Positions 9,683-19,383 are shown, counted from the first letter of the stretch. The stretch is DNA of 64,000 nucleotides from an uncultured cyanobacterium (GCA_963718615.1 OY970368.1:1184001-1248000), one strand, 5' to 3'. The notes: generated by a model not told the origin, from the letters alone. Numbers and translations: made by a program.

Positions 9683-11044
9683 TCAAGTTCTCAGCACTTG
9701 GCGCGTTTCCTGGGCTGCCGCTTGCATGGCGTCCTCCGCTGTCATCCGTCCGGTGAGGGCGGCGCTGAGATAGCGTTGCAAAATATCGGAGGCTTGGGCG
9801 TATTGGGCGATGGGGGGACGGAGGGAACTATTTTTGAGCACCTCTAGCATGGCCGGAAAATAGGGGTACTTTTCGACGATTTCCGGATCTTGATAAAGCG
9901 ATCGCCGCGAGGGTAAGTAGCCCCAGTCCAAGGCAATGGCTTTCTGCACCGCCGGACTAGAAAAGAACTCCACGGCTTTCCAGGTTTCCTCTGGATGGGC
10001 CGTAGTTTTGGCGATGCCCCAACCCCAACCCCCCTGACAGGCTCCACTGCGCTGGCCGGGGGCATGGACCATGGGCTTAATCGCAATTTTTCCCCTCACC
10101 GCTGAGTCTTCAGTCTGTGCCAGGGGCCAAGCGTAGGGCCAGTTGCGCATGTAGACCGCCTTGCCCGTTTGGAACAGACGCCGAGATTCTTCCTCTTGGT
10201 AGGTGGTGACGCCCGTGGGAGAGATGCGTTCGGCAATGGTGCTTTGGAGGAACTGGACGGCGGCGATCGCCTCCGGTCGATCCAATCCCACCTCTCGCGT
10301 TTGTGGATTCACCCAGAAGGCTCCATGCCCTGCCAAAATTTCCACAAACATTGCCGATAAGCCTTCGTATTGCTTGCCCTGCCAAACGTAGCCCCAGGGA
10401 ACTTTGCCGCTGTCCTGCAGCTCTTTGGCGCTTTGTTTGAGATCCTCGAAGGTTTCAGGGGGGGGCACATTGGCCTGGGCAATCAAATCCTTGCGGTAAT
10501 ACAGCATGCCAGCATCGGAGCGCAGCGGCATCCGATAGAGCCCGCCGTTGTAGCGACCCCCAGCCAAATCGCCCGGTAGATAATCCGCTTCGGCTTCAGG
10601 CGTCAGTCGGTCCGACAAATCCATCAGCCAACCCGCCGCCGCAAACTTGGGCACCCAAACAATGTCCATATAGACCAAGTCATAGGGCGAGTCGCCGAGC
10701 AAAAAGGCAGAGGTATAGAGGTCTTCGACTAAGTTGGTGGCGTTTGGCCCCTCAATCACATTAATCCGGATATTGGGATTTTCTGCCTCAAAAGCTTGGA
10801 TATGGGGTTGCCAAATGGAGATCTCTTGAGCCCCCACCAAAAACGTAAGGGTCACGGGCTGAGCCCAAACGGGAGAGCGGATCCCTGCGATCCCCAAGGC
10901 CAAAATCAGACCCAAAACCGTTAGACCCAGCAACCGATGCTGGGACCGAACCAGGGGGAGCCGCAGCCATCTCCAGCGGAATTTCACCGGGAATTTCACC
11001 AGGAATTTCGCTAAGGGGATCAACCGAGTCTGAAAAAGTGCCAT
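9683..11044 (-). CDS. Sugar/osmolyte ABC transporter substrate-binding protein
   Basis: DIVWVPKFAAAGWL, DAGMLYYRKDL, WQGKQYEGL and MRNWPYAW (SBP family 1). Confidence 0.88.
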   Translation of the reverse strand: MALFQTRLIPLAKFLVKFPVKFRWRWLRLPLVRSQHRLLGLTVLGLILALGIAGIRSPVWAQPVTLTFLVGAQEISIWQPHIQAFEAENPNIRINVIEGPNATNLVEDLYTSAFLLGDSPYDLVYMDIVWVPKFAAAGWLMDLSDRLTPEAEADYLPGDLAGGRYNGGLYRMPLRSDAGMLYYRKDLIAQANVPPPETFEDLKQSAKELQDSGKVPWGYVWQGKQYEGLSAMFVEILAGHGAFWVNPQTREVGLDRPEAIAAVQFLQSTIAERISPTGVTTYQEEESRRLFQTGKAVYMRNWPYAWPLAQTEDSAVRGKIAIKPMVHAPGQRSGACQGGWGWGIAKTTAHPEETWKAVEFFSSPAVQKAIALDWGYLPSRRSLYQDPEIVEKYPYFPAMLEVLKNSSLRPPIAQYAQASDILQRYLSAALTGRMTAEDAMQAAAQETRQVLRT

Positions 11045-11143
11045 GGGAAGGGCGATCGCGATCGCAAGAACAAGCCTTCTTCTGATTGGACAATGCCAAC
11101 GACCCTTTCAGCAAGGTTTGCGTAAACAAATGCTACGACTGGT

Positions 11144-11344
11144 CTAAACCGATGTAATTAAGTTGGTAAAGGCTTCCGCCATCTGGGTGACGGTGGGATG
11201 TTGGAACAAAAACTCGCTGTAATCGGCGATCGTATCCAGACCCACCACATTTAAAGCCACTTCTACGGAGACCCAAACTGCCGTTTTCGTGAGCAATTTT
11301 CCCCAGCGAATTTTGGGTGATTCGGCTTCAAAACGGTATTTCAT
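11144..11344 (-). CDS. Small hypothetical membrane protein
   Basis: 66 aa; WVSVEVALNVVGLDTIADYSEF resembles a conserved cyanobacterial small-protein motif (from memory). Confidence 0.65.
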   Translation of the reverse strand: MKYRFEAESPKIRWGKLLTKTAVWVSVEVALNVVGLDTIADYSEFLFQHPTVTQMAEAFTNLITSV

Positions 11345-11455
11345 CGGGGTTACTGGCTGGGATTTTTGAGGATGTGTGAAGGAATGTATCTTTTTTGTGG
11401 GCGATCGCTCAAGTCGGTTTCAACGACAAACCGGTAGGGGTTTCCGCAGCTTTCC

Positions 11456-12514
11456 CTAGCTAGAAGTTTGGGCTAGCTTCGCCTGTTGAATAAAGCTGGC
11501 TTCAATCAACTGATTAGTTTGATTCGATGTCAGCGGTTTTTCAATTTGCCCTTCTGTGGCGAGAAACTGACTCAGTGTGGCCAGGTTATCCGCAAGCTTA
11601 GGAGCCCCAGTGGTTGCAGACAAAACCTGCAAATTGGTTTCCGGCGAAGTCAAGTCAACGCCTTGTAGCTGTTCTGCCACTTCTGCTTCTGAAATGTCCA
11701 GCTTCTTCGCAATGATGGGATAGGCTTCTTCAGGCTGATTTTTGATCAATTCCCGCCCTTGATAAATGCCATCGACAAAGGCCTGAACGGCGTCCGGATG
11801 AGCCGCAACATAGTCTGGTTGAAAAATATACAAATCCACAATCGCCGTCGGCAGCGCAGAAGTATCTAAAATGATGCGGCCATCGGGTTGGGCCTGATTA
11901 CTTTTTTGCAGGAAAGGTGAATAGGTCACCGCAATCTCTAAGCTGCCTGCTTGATAGGCCGCTGCGGATGCATCCGCAGCAATATTAACGACTTCGATGT
12001 CCTTGATCGAGAGATTAGCCTTTTCCTTGAGGGCTTGGATCAAAAAGTAATAGCTCGTACTGCCAATTTCGACCCCGACTTTGCGCCCTTTGAAATCCGC
12101 TAAATCCTTAACACTGCTGCGGGCCAGAATGCCATCGCCCCCTAGGGAAGCATCGGCCATTTGCACAATGCGATAGTCTACGCCTCGAGCCGCGTGGGTG
12201 ACGATTTCTGGATTTGTCGCCGCCTGGGCCACCAATTTGCCTGCGGCAAAGGTCGAGAGGTTGTCCCCATTGGCACTAAACACCTTGACCTCAACCGTTG
12301 CCCCATGGTCCTTAAAAAAGCCCTTGGCATCCGCCACGTAAAGCGGAGAATAGCCAATCCAAGGCACGCCACCCACGGTAATGGTTGGAGCCGCAGCATT
12401 GCCGACCGCTGTTCCGGTCGACCCCTTGGAGCAACCATGCAGCATCAGGCCACCGGCCAGACCGCCCATTAGCCAGAGTGCTTTGCGTCGGGAAACCACT
12501 GTAATCTCTCTCAT
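11456..12514 (-). CDS. NitT/TauT-family ABC substrate-binding lipoprotein (Tat signal)
   Basis: SRRKAL twin-arginine signal plus LHGC lipobox; WIGYSPLYVA, SLGGDGI and KGRKVGVE. Confidence 0.85.
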   Translation of the reverse strand: MREITVVSRRKALWLMGGLAGGLMLHGCSKGSTGTAVGNAAAPTITVGGVPWIGYSPLYVADAKGFFKDHGATVEVKVFSANGDNLSTFAAGKLVAQAATNPEIVTHAARGVDYRIVQMADASLGGDGILARSSVKDLADFKGRKVGVEIGSTSYYFLIQALKEKANLSIKDIEVVNIAADASAAAYQAGSLEIAVTYSPFLQKSNQAQPDGRIILDTSALPTAIVDLYIFQPDYVAAHPDAVQAFVDGIYQGRELIKNQPEEAYPIIAKKLDISEAEVAEQLQGVDLTSPETNLQVLSATTGAPKLADNLATLSQFLATEGQIEKPLTSNQTNQLIEASFIQQAKLAQTSS

Positions 12515-12633
12515 GAGATGGACCTAAAACTCCATAATTTTGAATGCAAGCCAAAGAACTGAGCAGATTAAAGCCCAATTCGTCAGCGGGGTTGATCAAT
12601 AGCGGATTGATCACTGTCGCGTATTACGCCTAT

Positions 12634-13572
12634 TCATGAACATTGAGTTCCGACATGGGCCTCTCTTAGCTGCTGTAGGACCTGACGTTTGATCTCAACA
12701 AACTCGGGACTGAGCTTGAGATCGAGCGATCGCGGCTGGGGCAACGGAACCTGCAATTGCGTTTGGGATAGACCCGACTGCGGATGCAGGATATAGAGAC
12801 GTTGAGACAGATAAATGGCTTCTTCTACATCGTGGGTCACCATCAAAACCGTTGTCTGGGTTTGCTCCCAAAGGCCCAGCAAAAACTGCTGCATTTGCTC
12901 TCGGGTTTGGGCATCTAGGGCTCCGAAGGGCTCATCCATCAGCAACACTTCAGGCTCATTGACAAGGGCACGGGCGATCGCTACCCGTTGCTTCATGCCG
13001 CCGGAGAGCTGTTTCGGATAAGCTTGGGAAAATTCTGTGAGACCCACAACTCCAAGAAAATAGGCGACCCGTTCTTGCACCGTTTTTTTGGGCAGCTTAC
13101 GAAGATTTAGCCCAAAGGCAATGTTTTGAGCAACCGTAAGCCAGGGATAGAGGGTGTAGCCTTGGAAGACCATGCCCCGGTCAGATCCGGGACCTATTAC
13201 GGAATGGCCATCGATGCGCAGCCTGCCCTGGGTGGGGGGCGTGAGTCCGGCAATAATATTGAGCAGCGTCGATTTGCCGCTCCCGGATGCCCCCACTAGA
13301 CAAACCAATTCTCCTGGATACAGCACGAGGTTGATCGCGGGTAGAACCGTGCGGCAAACGCCTTCTCTCTGAAGTTTTTTCGTGACCTCAATGACCTCTA
13401 GTTTGGGCAGTTTTAGTTTGGGCGGTGTTAGTTTGGGCAATTCTAGCTTAGGAAAGCTGGGGTCAGAGAGCGCTAGATCGGGTGGTTTTTGATGCACTCG
13501 GGAGGATTGGGAAAAGGGAAGGCCAAGCATAGACATTAAAAAAACCATTGACGATGGCGAGTTGAATCGCAA
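12634..13572 (-). CDS. NitT/TauT-family ABC ATP-binding protein (true start probably downstream of 13572)
   Basis: GASGSGKST, LSGGMKQR, LLMDEPFGALD and VTHDVEEA. Confidence 0.9.
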   Translation of the reverse strand: MRFNSPSSMVFLMSMLGLPFSQSSRVHQKPPDLALSDPSFPKLELPKLTPPKLKLPKLEVIEVTKKLQREGVCRTVLPAINLVLYPGELVCLVGASGSGKSTLLNIIAGLTPPTQGRLRIDGHSVIGPGSDRGMVFQGYTLYPWLTVAQNIAFGLNLRKLPKKTVQERVAYFLGVVGLTEFSQAYPKQLSGGMKQRVAIARALVNEPEVLLMDEPFGALDAQTREQMQQFLLGLWEQTQTTVLMVTHDVEEAIYLSQRLYILHPQSGLSQTQLQVPLPQPRSLDLKLSPEFVEIKRQVLQQLREAHVGTQCS

Positions 13573-13834
13573 GTTAGAGTACGAGTCAAACTCTACAGAA
13601 TGCTGATTTTGAACATCTATTTCAATATCTATAGGGTCTATGGATTTCGTTTTTATTCATTATTTATGGTTTTTGCAGAGCTAAAATATTTCAATGCAAA
13701 AACGGTTTCTGTGCAAACTATAGCTGTAGCCTTCCCTAGAGAGCTTGTGTATTTTTTCAGAGATTTGCTAGGTATTGGAGTTCATTAACTCGGTTTAAAT
13801 TGGGCACTCTAAACTAAAAATCTCAACTCACCCC

Positions 13835-14725
13835 ATGGCTAATCCGCAAGCTCATTCCCATCTAGAACCCACTCAGACTGATCCGATGAGCTTAGGCTTT
13901 GCCCGGCAGCCCTCACAGCGACTTCGGGCTTCTCGCTTGTGGTCGATTCGTCAGGAATTTCCGCGATCGCTTGCCTGGGCGCTCTCTGCCCTTTCCGTAG
14001 TCCTGCTGCTGTTAGTTTGGTCAGTCATCAGTTATGGGGGGTGGATTAAGCCGCTATTTTTGCCGACGCCCACAGCGGTTATCCAAGCAGGGATCGAGTT
14101 GCTAACTCAAGCCTCTTTATTAAATGATATTTGGGCAAGTTCATTGCGAGTCTTTTGGGGATTTGGCTTGTCTGCAATCATCGGTGTTCCGATTGGTATT
14201 GCCATGGGTACATTCGCCAGCCTCAATAGTTTTTTTGGACCAATTGTAAGCCTAGCTCGCTATATGCCCATTGTGGCCTTTGTACCGCTGATTATTATTT
14301 GGACCGGAATTGGTGAGCTGTCCAAAGTCGTAATTATTTTTCTCGCACTGGTGCTTTACAACACGCTAATGGTGGCCGATGCAGTGAAGTTTATTCCCGA
14401 TGAAATGATTAACGTGGCATACACGCTAGGAGGACGACGACGGGATGTCCTCTTGCGGGTGATTTTTCCGGCAGCGTTGCCCAGCATTTTAGATACCTTG
14501 CGGGTCAATGTTTCGGCAGCGTGGAATTTTTTGGTGGTGGCTGAGCTGATTGCTGCCGAAAAGGGTTTGGGGTTTCGGATTTTACAATCTCAGCGATTTT
14601 TGCAAACGGATCGGGTGATTTTTTGTGTGATTTTAATTGGGGCGATCGGGTGGTTGATTGACTCTGGTTTGCAGCGGCTGAGTCAGGCGATCGCCCCCTG
14701 GGCGGACCAATCTCGTCAGGGCTAA
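13835..14725 (+). CDS. NitT/TauT-family ABC permease
   Basis: FLPTP, RYMP, WTGIGE and VVAELIAAEKGLG; six TM segments. Confidence 0.9.
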   Translation: MANPQAHSHLEPTQTDPMSLGFARQPSQRLRASRLWSIRQEFPRSLAWALSALSVVLLLLVWSVISYGGWIKPLFLPTPTAVIQAGIELLTQASLLNDIWASSLRVFWGFGLSAIIGVPIGIAMGTFASLNSFFGPIVSLARYMPIVAFVPLIIIWTGIGELSKVVIIFLALVLYNTLMVADAVKFIPDEMINVAYTLGGRRRDVLLRVIFPAALPSILDTLRVNVSAAWNFLVVAELIAAEKGLGFRILQSQRFLQTDRVIFCVILIGAIGWLIDSGLQRLSQAIAPWADQSRQG

Positions 14726-14782
14726 AACGAGCTAACGTTCTAAAGTTCTTCCGCAGTTCTTCTGCAAAATTTTGGGTTAAAC

Positions 14783-15322
14783 CTACGGCTCCCGGTGTTG
14801 GACCTGCGCAAGATAGGCTCGCACCACCTGAAGCTGGGGGCCGGTGGGCTGAGTCGGCGGATGGGTTTGCTTCATCCAGGCTAGTGCGTCAAGCCAATCC
14901 AGATGGCGATAGCGGCAGAGATAGGCCAAACAGACCAGGGGCGATCGCTCCATCCCGGCCCAACAGTGCACATAGACAGGTCGCCGCCGCTGCAAATGCC
15001 AGTGAACCAAATCAACGGCGTCTGACAACTCTTCGATTTCTAGGGGGCGGGTATAGCGACTATCGGGCATGGGCACCCGCAGACAGCAAAACGCGGCCCG
15101 AATCTCCGGCGGGAGCTGGCCTTCCCATTCGCTACAGAGGGAGAGAATCACCTGGATCTGGCGATCGCCCAACGGCTCTCGATACAGCCGAGTTGGAAAA
15201 CAGCCAACGGCCAATTCTCCCTGCAAAACCCAGTGAATACAAGGAGAAACTCGCTCGGGCGGAAACAGCCGCCCAGACAGCCGCCCAGACAGCCCGTGAA
15301 ACAGTCGCCTCGCTTTTGTCAT
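14783..15322 (-). CDS. Dual-specificity protein phosphatase
   Basis: HCWAGMERS (HCxxGxxRS) active-site motif. Confidence 0.88.
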   Translation of the reverse strand: MTKARRLFHGLSGRLSGRLFPPERVSPCIHWVLQGELAVGCFPTRLYREPLGDRQIQVILSLCSEWEGQLPPEIRAAFCCLRVPMPDSRYTRPLEIEELSDAVDLVHWHLQRRRPVYVHCWAGMERSPLVCLAYLCRYRHLDWLDALAWMKQTHPPTQPTGPQLQVVRAYLAQVQHREP

Positions 15323-15456
15323 CCGCTTTGACCCGCTATGCTGCGTTGGTTACTTTTCCACCGCAACCGTTCTGGCCTCCGGACACTGGCTTTCAGACAA
15401 GGGATCAGAACACTGAATCAGGTCGTAGGATTAGGCCACAGCATCAGGCCAAAGTA

Positions 15457-16653
15457 TCAGGTATCCCCAGGCAGTCGGTACTGCTGAATAATGCGCTTAG
15501 CAAACTCAGGCACATGGCGATCGAACTTGTCCGGGTGGGTTCGCCGCACGTAGAGATAATTGCGGGTGAAATGAGAATCAATGGAAAATCGTCCGTATTC
15601 CAAACCCTTCGGACCGATTTTTTCGATCACGACACCCATCAGCTTTGCAGCCCAGAGGGGAAGCGTGACGCCCTTTTCGTAGGCGGGGATACTTTGTTGG
15701 ACGGCGGCTTTGCGATCGCCACTCGAAGCCACCGGCTGGGTCTCTAGCTGATCCTTAACCAACTCCAACATTTCCGCCCCGGTTTCGTTCCGCACCACCA
15801 ACCACTGCCAGCCAAAGGGCGCACCCATGTAGCCCACCACCAGATCCGCCAGGGCATTGGTGTAGTCAAAACAGCTCAAGCAAGAGGGGGCAAACACGTC
15901 CTTGAGTTGGTTGGTCTTGAGGCCAAAAAACGGCACCTTTTCGCTAGAGCCGTCCTCATGGTTGAAATGGACATTAAAGTCCTGCATAAACTCGTAGTGG
16001 ACCACGGTTTGGGGCGATCGACTGGTGGTTTCCAAAAATTTAGTTAACCCCTCGCGGGAGACATTATCCACACAGGGCGTTCCGAGGATATAGAGCTTTT
16101 CGAGGCCGAGTTTGTCCTGGACCGCTCGCAACGCCTGGATCTGACAGCCCACGCCAATGGCCAAGAGGCGTTTCATGCCCGACTGTTCCACCAAATCCAA
16201 CACCGACAGATTGGGCGACAGCGTCGGCTTATTCACCCGTGCCGCGAGTACTTCTTCTGGGGTCCGGGCAATCACGGGCTTGGGCTGAAAGCGGTCTTCC
16301 TCAGTGTTTTGGACACAAATCACCCCTTCGACGAGGCCCCGATTGAGCATTTCGATGGCGATCGAGCTGACAATGCCGGTCCACTGTGCCCCCGGAATCG
16401 GCTCCTGTTTACGGGCGGCCACCATGGTTTGATGTACGCCAAAATAGAGCTCCTCGGGATTGTCTAAATCCCGCTGCCGCCCGTGGGACTGGGTTTCGAG
16501 CTGATCAAACTGCTGATGGAGAAAGGCGCAGGCGTCCTTGACATAGTGGACATAGGAGGTGTCGCAGAGTCCGCACTGGCTGCACAGATCCTTGGCGGGG
16601 TAGGTGCCACCGGGCTTAATCGGGCGGGCTTTTTTGTGAGGTGAGGCAATCAT
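15457..16653 (-). CDS. bciB: F420 hydrogenase beta-subunit-like 8-vinyl (divinyl chlorophyllide) reductase, BciB/CvrA type
   Basis: CSQCGLC Fe-S motif, GAQWTGIV, GVGCQ, GTPCVDN and CLSCFDYTNALADLVVGYMG. Confidence 0.85.
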   Translation of the reverse strand: MIASPHKKARPIKPGGTYPAKDLCSQCGLCDTSYVHYVKDACAFLHQQFDQLETQSHGRQRDLDNPEELYFGVHQTMVAARKQEPIPGAQWTGIVSSIAIEMLNRGLVEGVICVQNTEEDRFQPKPVIARTPEEVLAARVNKPTLSPNLSVLDLVEQSGMKRLLAIGVGCQIQALRAVQDKLGLEKLYILGTPCVDNVSREGLTKFLETTSRSPQTVVHYEFMQDFNVHFNHEDGSSEKVPFFGLKTNQLKDVFAPSCLSCFDYTNALADLVVGYMGAPFGWQWLVVRNETGAEMLELVKDQLETQPVASSGDRKAAVQQSIPAYEKGVTLPLWAAKLMGVVIEKIGPKGLEYGRFSIDSHFTRNYLYVRRTHPDKFDRHVPEFAKRIIQQYRLPGDT

Positions 16654-16885
16654 GAATTCTTCCACCAAGGATGCTGCTGATCACCATATCGCCTGATGTG
16701 GAGAGCCTTGGAGTTTTGTAAAGAAATGATGCACAGGCGGAGGCTAGATTCTGGGTCGACCCCAAGTTTTCCACAGTGGCAAAGCGCCTAGAAAGGTTTT
16801 GTCCTGGGAATTGGCGAGGTTGAGGAGAGGGATTGGCGATCGCCCCAAGCCCATTCAATCGTCCACTCTGATTACTTATGGTGTT

Positions 16886-16914
16886 TTGACATCGAATCCA
16901 GTTAGGAATAATAT
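16886..16914 (+). promoter_or_regulatory. Sigma70-type promoter TTGACA-N17-TAATAT for the DUF4278 gene
   Basis: Perfect -35 box (16886-16891), 17-nt spacer and TAATAT -10 box (16909-16914). Confidence 0.7.
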
Positions 16915-16918
16915 TTCT

Positions 16919-16932
16919 GTAACAACCAATAC
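16919..16932 (+). promoter_or_regulatory. NtcA box GTA-N8-TAC overlapping the predicted TSS (repressing position)
   Basis: tGTAacaaccaaTACt begins just downstream of the -10 box. Confidence 0.65.
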
Positions 16933-17032
16933 TTTTTAGTAATTGGTATTTGTTGGTATTTGATCGTTGGTCTATCGTTGGTCTTCAGATCATTGGCATT
17001 TGAGCTTTTAAACGTTGACGGAGGGAAAAGCA

Positions 17033-17218
17033 ATGCAAATGTGTTATCGCGGCGTGCGCTATGAATATGACCCCCACCCCATCGAGTATCAGGAAGGAGA
17101 GGTGATTGGGCGATATCGCGGTCGTCCGGTGCGATCCCATGAGATCCGCCGGGGCTACGCCTGGATCGAGCATCTCCATGCCCTGCTCACTTATCGTGGC
17201 GTATCTTACGAAAGCTAG
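17033..17218 (+). CDS. DUF4278 small protein
   Basis: Three YRG motifs (CYRGVRY, GRYRG, LTYRGVSY); GGAGG SD upstream. Confidence 0.85.
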   Translation: MQMCYRGVRYEYDPHPIEYQEGEVIGRYRGRPVRSHEIRRGYAWIEHLHALLTYRGVSYES

Positions 17219-17261
17219 AGTATCTCTTTAGACAAGGACAATCCAAAAAACTCCCTTAGTG

Positions 17262-17297
17262 TCCAGGCATTTCCAGTGGAATAGCCTGGAATTTTTT
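17262..17297 (+). terminator. Probable intrinsic terminator
   Basis: TCCAGGC...GCCTGGA stem followed by a T tract. Confidence 0.6.
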
Positions 17298-17451
17298 GTT
17301 ATATTTTTAACCCAGTTGTTCGCAGACCCAAACTATCCGGGATTGGAGCTTTTTCGCCCGAAATCAGTATTACCAGGCTGCTTCCTGCTCTAGCCCAGCC
17401 GCTGTTTGAGGACGGTCTCAGCCCCCAGTTGGAAATCTACCCCGGCCCACC

Positions 17452-18642
17452 ATGCTGCCCAATTCCTGGAAAATTGCGTCGCACGCGTTTCGTTTAGCGC
17501 TGCCTTTGATGGCGATCGCCCTTTGTCCTCTGAGCGGTGCCTTTGCCCAGTCCCTCCCCCCCCGCAATGAGAGCCGCCCCCTCAAGGTTGGGGTCAAAGC
17601 CTTTCAACCCTTTGTGTTTCTGCCAGATACCGTCAAGCGACGGTCCGCAGAGCCCCTCTCGGTGTCCTCCCGTCTGGCATTGTTGCAAACGGAAGCCCAG
17701 CAGCCCTACGGTTACAGCATTGACCTGTGGAATGCCATCGCCCGAGAAACCAATGTCCAAACCGAATTTGTTCCCTACGCCTCGGTGCAAGAGCTGCTGG
17801 CAGCGGTCAAGGGTGGGGATGTGGATATTGGCATTGCAGGCATTTCCATCACCGCTGATCGTCTTGAAACTGGCCTTAATTTTTCCTATCCCTTTTTCCA
17901 GTCCGGTCTTCAGCTCATGGTCAAAAAAGACCAAAATTTTGGACTGGGGCGTTTTTTAACCTTTTTGCAAAACTGGGCCTCGATCCGTGCGGTTCTCCTG
18001 GTGATTGGCAGTAGTGCAGTGGTGGGTAGCCTGGTTTGGGCGCTCGAACACAAACACAACGAAGGTTTTCCCGCCCGTCCGTTGGAGGGCATTGGCCAGG
18101 GCTTTTGGTTCGCGATTGTTACCCTGGGTACCTTTGGCTATGGGGATGTAACGCCTGTGAAGCTGCCAGCCCGGATTATTACCAGCGTTTGGATGGGAAT
18201 CAGCTTTTTTATCGTGGCGGACTTTATCTCCTCCATGGCCGTGCAGGGCATCGAAGGCAACGTCAAAACCTTCTACGATTTGAGGGGAGAGAAAATTGGG
18301 GTGGTTGAGGGAACAACCGGTGCCAACTTTGTGCGATCGCAACCGGTCATCCCCCAGGTCTACAAAACCTTTGACGATGCCGTAACTGCGCTGGGTTCAG
18401 GCAAAATTGCGGGAATCGTGCGGGACTACCCCGAGATCCAATATTTTGTGGCGCGTAATCCTGAATTTGAGACTGTGGGCGATCGCCTCACCCGTGAGGA
18501 CTACGGCATTGCCGTCACCCCCGACAACTATGCGTTGCTCAAGGAAATCAACTATGCCCTGCTGATCTTGCAAGAGCGGGGGGTCTTGCGATCCCTCGAT
18601 GAAAAATGGTTTGGACCAAAGGCCATCGGCACCGAGCCCTAA
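17452..18642 (+). CDS. GluR0-like ligand-gated K+ channel (split amino-acid-binding domain plus pore loop)
   Basis: S1 segment (GYSIDLW, IAGISITADR), TM-pore TLGTFGYGD-TM, and S2 segment (GTTG, EDYGIA). Confidence 0.85.
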   Translation: MLPNSWKIASHAFRLALPLMAIALCPLSGAFAQSLPPRNESRPLKVGVKAFQPFVFLPDTVKRRSAEPLSVSSRLALLQTEAQQPYGYSIDLWNAIARETNVQTEFVPYASVQELLAAVKGGDVDIGIAGISITADRLETGLNFSYPFFQSGLQLMVKKDQNFGLGRFLTFLQNWASIRAVLLVIGSSAVVGSLVWALEHKHNEGFPARPLEGIGQGFWFAIVTLGTFGYGDVTPVKLPARIITSVWMGISFFIVADFISSMAVQGIEGNVKTFYDLRGEKIGVVEGTTGANFVRSQPVIPQVYKTFDDAVTALGSGKIAGIVRDYPEIQYFVARNPEFETVGDRLTREDYGIAVTPDNYALLKEINYALLILQERGVLRSLDEKWFGPKAIGTEP

Positions 18643-18956
18643 CGTCCTGGGTGATCCCCATGGCTCGGGCAAGGCGGTGCAGAAATCGACCGATTCAGCC
18701 AGCCGACAGCCTGCTCCAGTCGAGGCAACGCCTCCGGAGCCTGATCCCGCAGTAAAAACACCAGCGCCGCTGCCACCAGTTCCTTCGCGCGCACACCGCG
18801 ATTGGCCTTTTGTTTGTGCCAATGACCTTCCGTCAGCATCAAGCGCTCTGCCAGAGCCTGGGCTAGTTCTAGGGTGCTGAGATGCTCAACCTTTTGTTGC
18901 AGGGGACTCTGCAATCCGAGGGATTGAGGGGCTGAGGTTCGAGGGGCTGAGACCAT
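18639..18956 (-). CDS. Conserved cyanobacterial hypothetical protein (DUF6439-like)
   Basis: ELAQALAERL...WH..KANR..RAKE...QAVGWL...PPCPSHG. Confidence 0.7.
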   Translation of the reverse strand: MVSAPRTSAPQSLGLQSPLQQKVEHLSTLELAQALAERLMLTEGHWHKQKANRGVRAKELVAAALVFLLRDQAPEALPRLEQAVGWLNRSISAPPCPSHGDHPGR

Positions 18957-19011
18957 GGCGATCGCTCCATTCCTTGTTACATTCAATGGGATTCGCTTTC
19001 CATCTTGACTC

Positions 19012-19383
19012 ATGACGCAGCCAAACGGGCCAGACCAGGACAGCAATACCGGCGCTGAGAATTGGGCTGAGTTTGACCAGGCGTTTGAAAAGGTCCAGCA
19101 GCAATGCCGCGATCTCCAGGACCGCTATGGCCAGGTGCGGCGCGATCTGCGGATGCAGGCAGCGCTCCGCGCTGAGCAAGCAGACCTCTCTCAGCAGGGT
19201 TTTAGCCCAGACGCTCTCAGCCAAGAACTTCAGAAAATCCGGCAGGAGCTAGACGAAATCGAAGTGGCCTTGGAAAGTCGCTTGCTCTCCTGGGAGAGTT
19301 TTCGTGAACCCTTTTGGCAAATGGTGCGGTTCGGCGGTTTGGGCGTTCTCGTCGGCTGGTTGCTGAAATCCTGGGCGGGTTGA
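19012..19383 (+). CDS. Coiled-coil protein with C-terminal TM anchor
   Basis: LESRLLSWESFREPFWQMVRFGGLGVLVGWLL. Confidence 0.75.
   Translation: MTQPNGPDQDSNTGAENWAEFDQAFEKVQQQCRDLQDRYGQVRRDLRMQAALRAEQADLSQQGFSPDALSQELQKIRQELDEIEVALESRLLSWESFREPFWQMVRFGGLGVLVGWLLKSWAG

Noticed and set aside
13573-13834. Guanidine or other riboswitch in the ABC divergent spacer
   Set aside because: The sequence is AT-rich with no riboswitch consensus I can recognise.
14884-15747. 287-aa plus-strand ORF
   Set aside because: It overlaps two well-supported minus-strand genes and has no recognisable motifs.
16960-17032. Complete glutamine (glnA) riboswitch upstream of the DUF4278 gene
   Set aside because: Only the ATCGTTGG-like 5' part is visible; the GGAAGTA...GAAGGAACG elements are absent.
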